A stretch of DNA of 20,000 nucleotides from an uncultured virus (IMG/VR IMGVR_UViG_2654587972_000002) (taxonomy: Duplodnaviria > Heunggongvirae > Uroviricota > Caudoviricetes). Made by a program: the position numbers and the translations under genes. Shown one piece after another: positions 17,804 through 20,000 of this stretch. The notes under the pieces were generated by a model. That model was not told where the DNA came from, did no database searches, and worked only from the letters and a program-made list of their open reading frames with translations. The DNA lies in IMG/VR virus record IMGVR_UViG_2654587972_000002. One strand, given 5' to 3'. Each line of letters starts with the position of its first letter. Position 1 is the stretch's first letter.

Positions 17804-18187
17804 ATGAAAGATTTAATTAATAAAGCGATAGGATATTTAGCTGGTTTTAATACAGAACAATGGGTATGGATAGCAGTAGCAGGAGCAATTTTAATTTATA
17901 TTGTTTATAATAGAAAACAATATGTTAATTTATTTAGACAAGCTGTAATTGTATCAGAAGAGTCATTTAATAGTGGAGAAGGTAGAAAAAAATTAGAAGC
18001 AGCAATTAACTTTATATTATACAGAACTTCTAGTTTACCTTGGATAGCTAGAATAGTAATTATAAGATTTATTAATAAGAAAAGAATGGTTGATATTATA
18101 GAAAAAACATTACAAAAGTTTTCTGATGTTTTTGCTAATAGTTATAAAATAGACATTAAAGGGAATGAGGAAGATGGAGAAAACTAA
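17804..18187 (+). CDS. Holin-like membrane protein (LL-H-like, one N-terminal TM)
   Basis: TM segment WVWIAVAGAILIYIVY followed by AV..SEE....GEGRKKL motif; located in the lysis cassette. Confidence 0.6.
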   Translation: MKDLINKAIGYLAGFNTEQWVWIAVAGAILIYIVYNRKQYVNLFRQAVIVSEESFNSGEGRKKLEAAINFILYRTSSLPWIARIVIIRFINKKRMVDIIEKTLQKFSDVFANSYKIDIKGNEEDGEN

Positions 18188-18626
18188 GTTATTAATGCAT
18201 CCTCTTTCAGATGGAAAAAAACAAGAGTTATTTCAAGATTATATCTATGAAGTTAATGGGTACAGAATTACTGTACCCAAAGGCTTTATTACTGACTTAG
18301 CTTCTGTTCCTCGTTCATTTTGGACTATATTCCCACCATTTGGAAGATATACTCCAGCAGCAGTTATTCATGATTTTCTTTATAGTAAATATAATACTAC
18401 AGGAATAAATAGAACCTTATCTGATAAAATTTTCTTATACATTATGAAAGAACTAGGAGTAGGTTTTTTAAAAAGAAAAACTATGTATAAAGCTGTGAGA
18501 TTATTTGGAGAAACTTCCTGGAAAAATAAAATAGATAATGAAGGCTATAAAGACAAGGCAGTAATAGATAAAACATATGAAGCTATATCTTATTATACTT
18601 ATTGGAATAAAATTCTCAAATTATAG
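18174..18626 (+). CDS. DUF1353 family protein (HDxxY motif)
   Basis: ITVPKGFITDLASVPR, AAVIHDFLY, DKIF and MYKAVRLFG motifs. Confidence 0.88.
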   Translation: MEKTKLLMHPLSDGKKQELFQDYIYEVNGYRITVPKGFITDLASVPRSFWTIFPPFGRYTPAAVIHDFLYSKYNTTGINRTLSDKIFLYIMKELGVGFLKRKTMYKAVRLFGETSWKNKIDNEGYKDKAVIDKTYEAISYYTYWNKILKL

Positions 18627-18641
18627 TTAGGGGTTGATATA

Positions 18642-19031
18642 GTGGCAGTTTTGGCAAAGTTTGGAGCATATTTTATCGCTTTTCTAATTTGGCTAATTGG
18701 GGGGTTTGACACTCTTGCAAAAGTTCTCTTCGGGTTAATGCTTTTAGATTTTGCAACTGGATTGATTGTTGGATATAAAATGCAAAATCTAAATTCAAAA
18801 AGAGCTTTCAAGGGATTAAGAAAAAAACTTTTAATTCTAGTTATTTTATGTGGAGCAAGTCTTATGCATAGGTTAGTCCCTAATCTAGGATTTAGAACAT
18901 TAGTTGGAATATTTTACTGTGCAACAGAATTATTAAGTATCACAGAGAATGCTGCAAAAGCAGGAGTACCTATTCCAAAAAAATTAAAAAAAGCTCTTGA
19001 GCAATTGAAAGAAGAAGATAAAGAAAATTAA
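18642..19031 (+). CDS. Phage holin (holin_4 / toxin secretion-phage lysis family)
   Basis: GGFD, LDFATG, LNSK...KGLRKK, FY...ELLSITEN...GVPIP..L..AL.QL motifs. Confidence 0.92.
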   Translation: MAVLAKFGAYFIAFLIWLIGGFDTLAKVLFGLMLLDFATGLIVGYKMQNLNSKRAFKGLRKKLLILVILCGASLMHRLVPNLGFRTLVGIFYCATELLSITENAAKAGVPIPKKLKKALEQLKEEDKEN

Positions 19032-19061
19032 AGGACAGAATTTATTTCTGTTCTTTTTTTT
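19030..19061 (+). terminator. Rho-independent terminator ending the late operon
   Basis: GGACAGAA-TTTAT-TTCTGTTC stem (one G-U pair) followed by T8. Confidence 0.85.
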
Positions 19062-19103
19062 GATAAAATATAAAATAATCTATAAATAAAAAGGAGTATT
19101 AAC

Positions 19104-20000
19104 ATGATAAAATTTCTCAAAAAAAATAAAGTTGTTATTATAATTTTTGTATTTTCTATTAGTCCTATTATTTTAAATCTATTTTTTTTCTTGACTGATT
19201 ATATTGCAGAAAAAGAAGTAAAATGTGGAGAAATACTTTATTCATCTCTATCCAATGAAAAATGGTTGGAATTTTGGGGAACTTTTATGCCTGCTTTGGC
19301 TGCATTTTCTTTTTTATACTTTACAAAAAAACAGATAGACAGTATTAGAGAACAGTTAGATTTTGAAAAAACTAAATACGAGGAAGAAATAAATTCTAAT
19401 AAAGAAACATTAGAAATCGAGAAAGAAAAATATAAAAAAGAAAAAAATATATTAATCTTTGAAAAAAATGTTGAATTAGAATTGACTGAATTAAAATTAT
19501 CTAAAATGATAGTTCATAATCTTCTTGTTGAACTTGATATAGCAGATATAGATTCTTGTATAGAAACCCCTGAAAAATACAGTAGAAAAATCAAGAAAAT
19601 AAATTCTAAACTCACAGCAGTAGATTTTTTAACAAATATTAGAATACAAGATGTTATTAAAATAGATAAAAAGATAGATGAATGTCGAGAAGAAAGCTAT
19701 GAAAAATTAAAAAAACTACATGAGTTATACACTATTATTTTAAAAGAAAGTTATAATAATAAATATAATAAAGAAGATGAAATGGATAAAGAAAAATTTT
19801 TTATAGTATTAAACGAAATAAGAAAATTACAAGAAAAAGATTTATTTAAAATTACTGATTTTATAGATGAAATAACTATAGCAAAAGTCTATAATGAATT
19901 TTATAATATAACTTTAAATACTTTACTAAAATATTTTTATTTAAAAAATGATAAAATGAAATATGAAAGAATAGTAATTTATAATAAAGAAGAGATATAA
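19104..20000 (+). CDS. Hypothetical membrane-anchored protein (accessory/moron), 298 aa
   Basis: AAGGAG RBS; two N-terminal hydrophobic segments (second WLEFWGTFMPALAAFSFLYFT), then coiled-coil/helical domain; very low GC; TAA at 19998-20000. Confidence 0.75.
   Translation: MIKFLKKNKVVIIIFVFSISPIILNLFFFLTDYIAEKEVKCGEILYSSLSNEKWLEFWGTFMPALAAFSFLYFTKKQIDSIREQLDFEKTKYEEEINSNKETLEIEKEKYKKEKNILIFEKNVELELTELKLSKMIVHNLLVELDIADIDSCIETPEKYSRKIKKINSKLTAVDFLTNIRIQDVIKIDKKIDECREESYEKLKKLHELYTIILKESYNNKYNKEDEMDKEKFFIVLNEIRKLQEKDLFKITDFIDEITIAKVYNEFYNITLNTLLKYFYLKNDKMKYERIVIYNKEEI

Noticed and set aside
4629..18811. Minus-strand ORFs in the track (e.g. 4629-5009, 5804-6058, 9260-9469, 10193-10546, 11519-11809, 17457-17757, 18599-18811)
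   Set aside because: All lie antisense to well-supported phage genes, are rich in F/S/L/I as expected for shadows of A-rich codons, and show no recognisable motifs.
19060..19090. Promoter for the 19104 gene (TTGATA ... TATAAA/TAAATA)
   Set aside because: Spacing and consensus are poor and the region is nearly all A/T, so a specific promoter cannot be supported.
15255..20000. Complete DGR or shufflon locus within the window
   Set aside because: No reverse transcriptase, template repeat, recombinase or spare tip cassette is visible; only indirect signals, reported as hypotheses.
1..20000. CRISPR arrays, tRNA/rRNA genes, IS elements, att sites
   Set aside because: The window is almost fully coding; no spaced repeats, cloverleaf, transposase or integrase were seen.

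Overview
AT-rich, co-oriented (+ strand) structural and lysis region of a temperate myovirus or prophage. Composition and protein style suggest a Fusobacterium-like host (inference). The order is: lambda-type head (portal, cut by the window start; Clp/S14 protease with nested scaffold; decoration protein; gpE-like capsid), head-tail joining genes, P2/Mu-type contractile tail (sheath, tube, chaperone, tape measure, X, D, V, U, W, J, I, fibre, fibre-assembly protein), lysis cassette (amidase, two holin-like proteins, DUF1353), a terminator and an AT-rich membrane-protein accessory gene. Signals missed by the ORF track: (1) a -1 frameshift site G GGT TTG extending the tail chaperone; (2) a moron (promoter, small membrane protein, terminator) between chaperone and tape measure, with an upstream 10-mer complementary to its terminator arm; (3) a GC-shifted tail-fibre tip bracketed by two related, invertase-like dyad sites; (4) a one-base A-tract frameshift truncating the fibre-assembly gene; (5) a lysis cassette with no visible spanin but an HDxxY (PLA2-like) protein. 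Family assignments come from recognised motifs and synteny; no database search was run.
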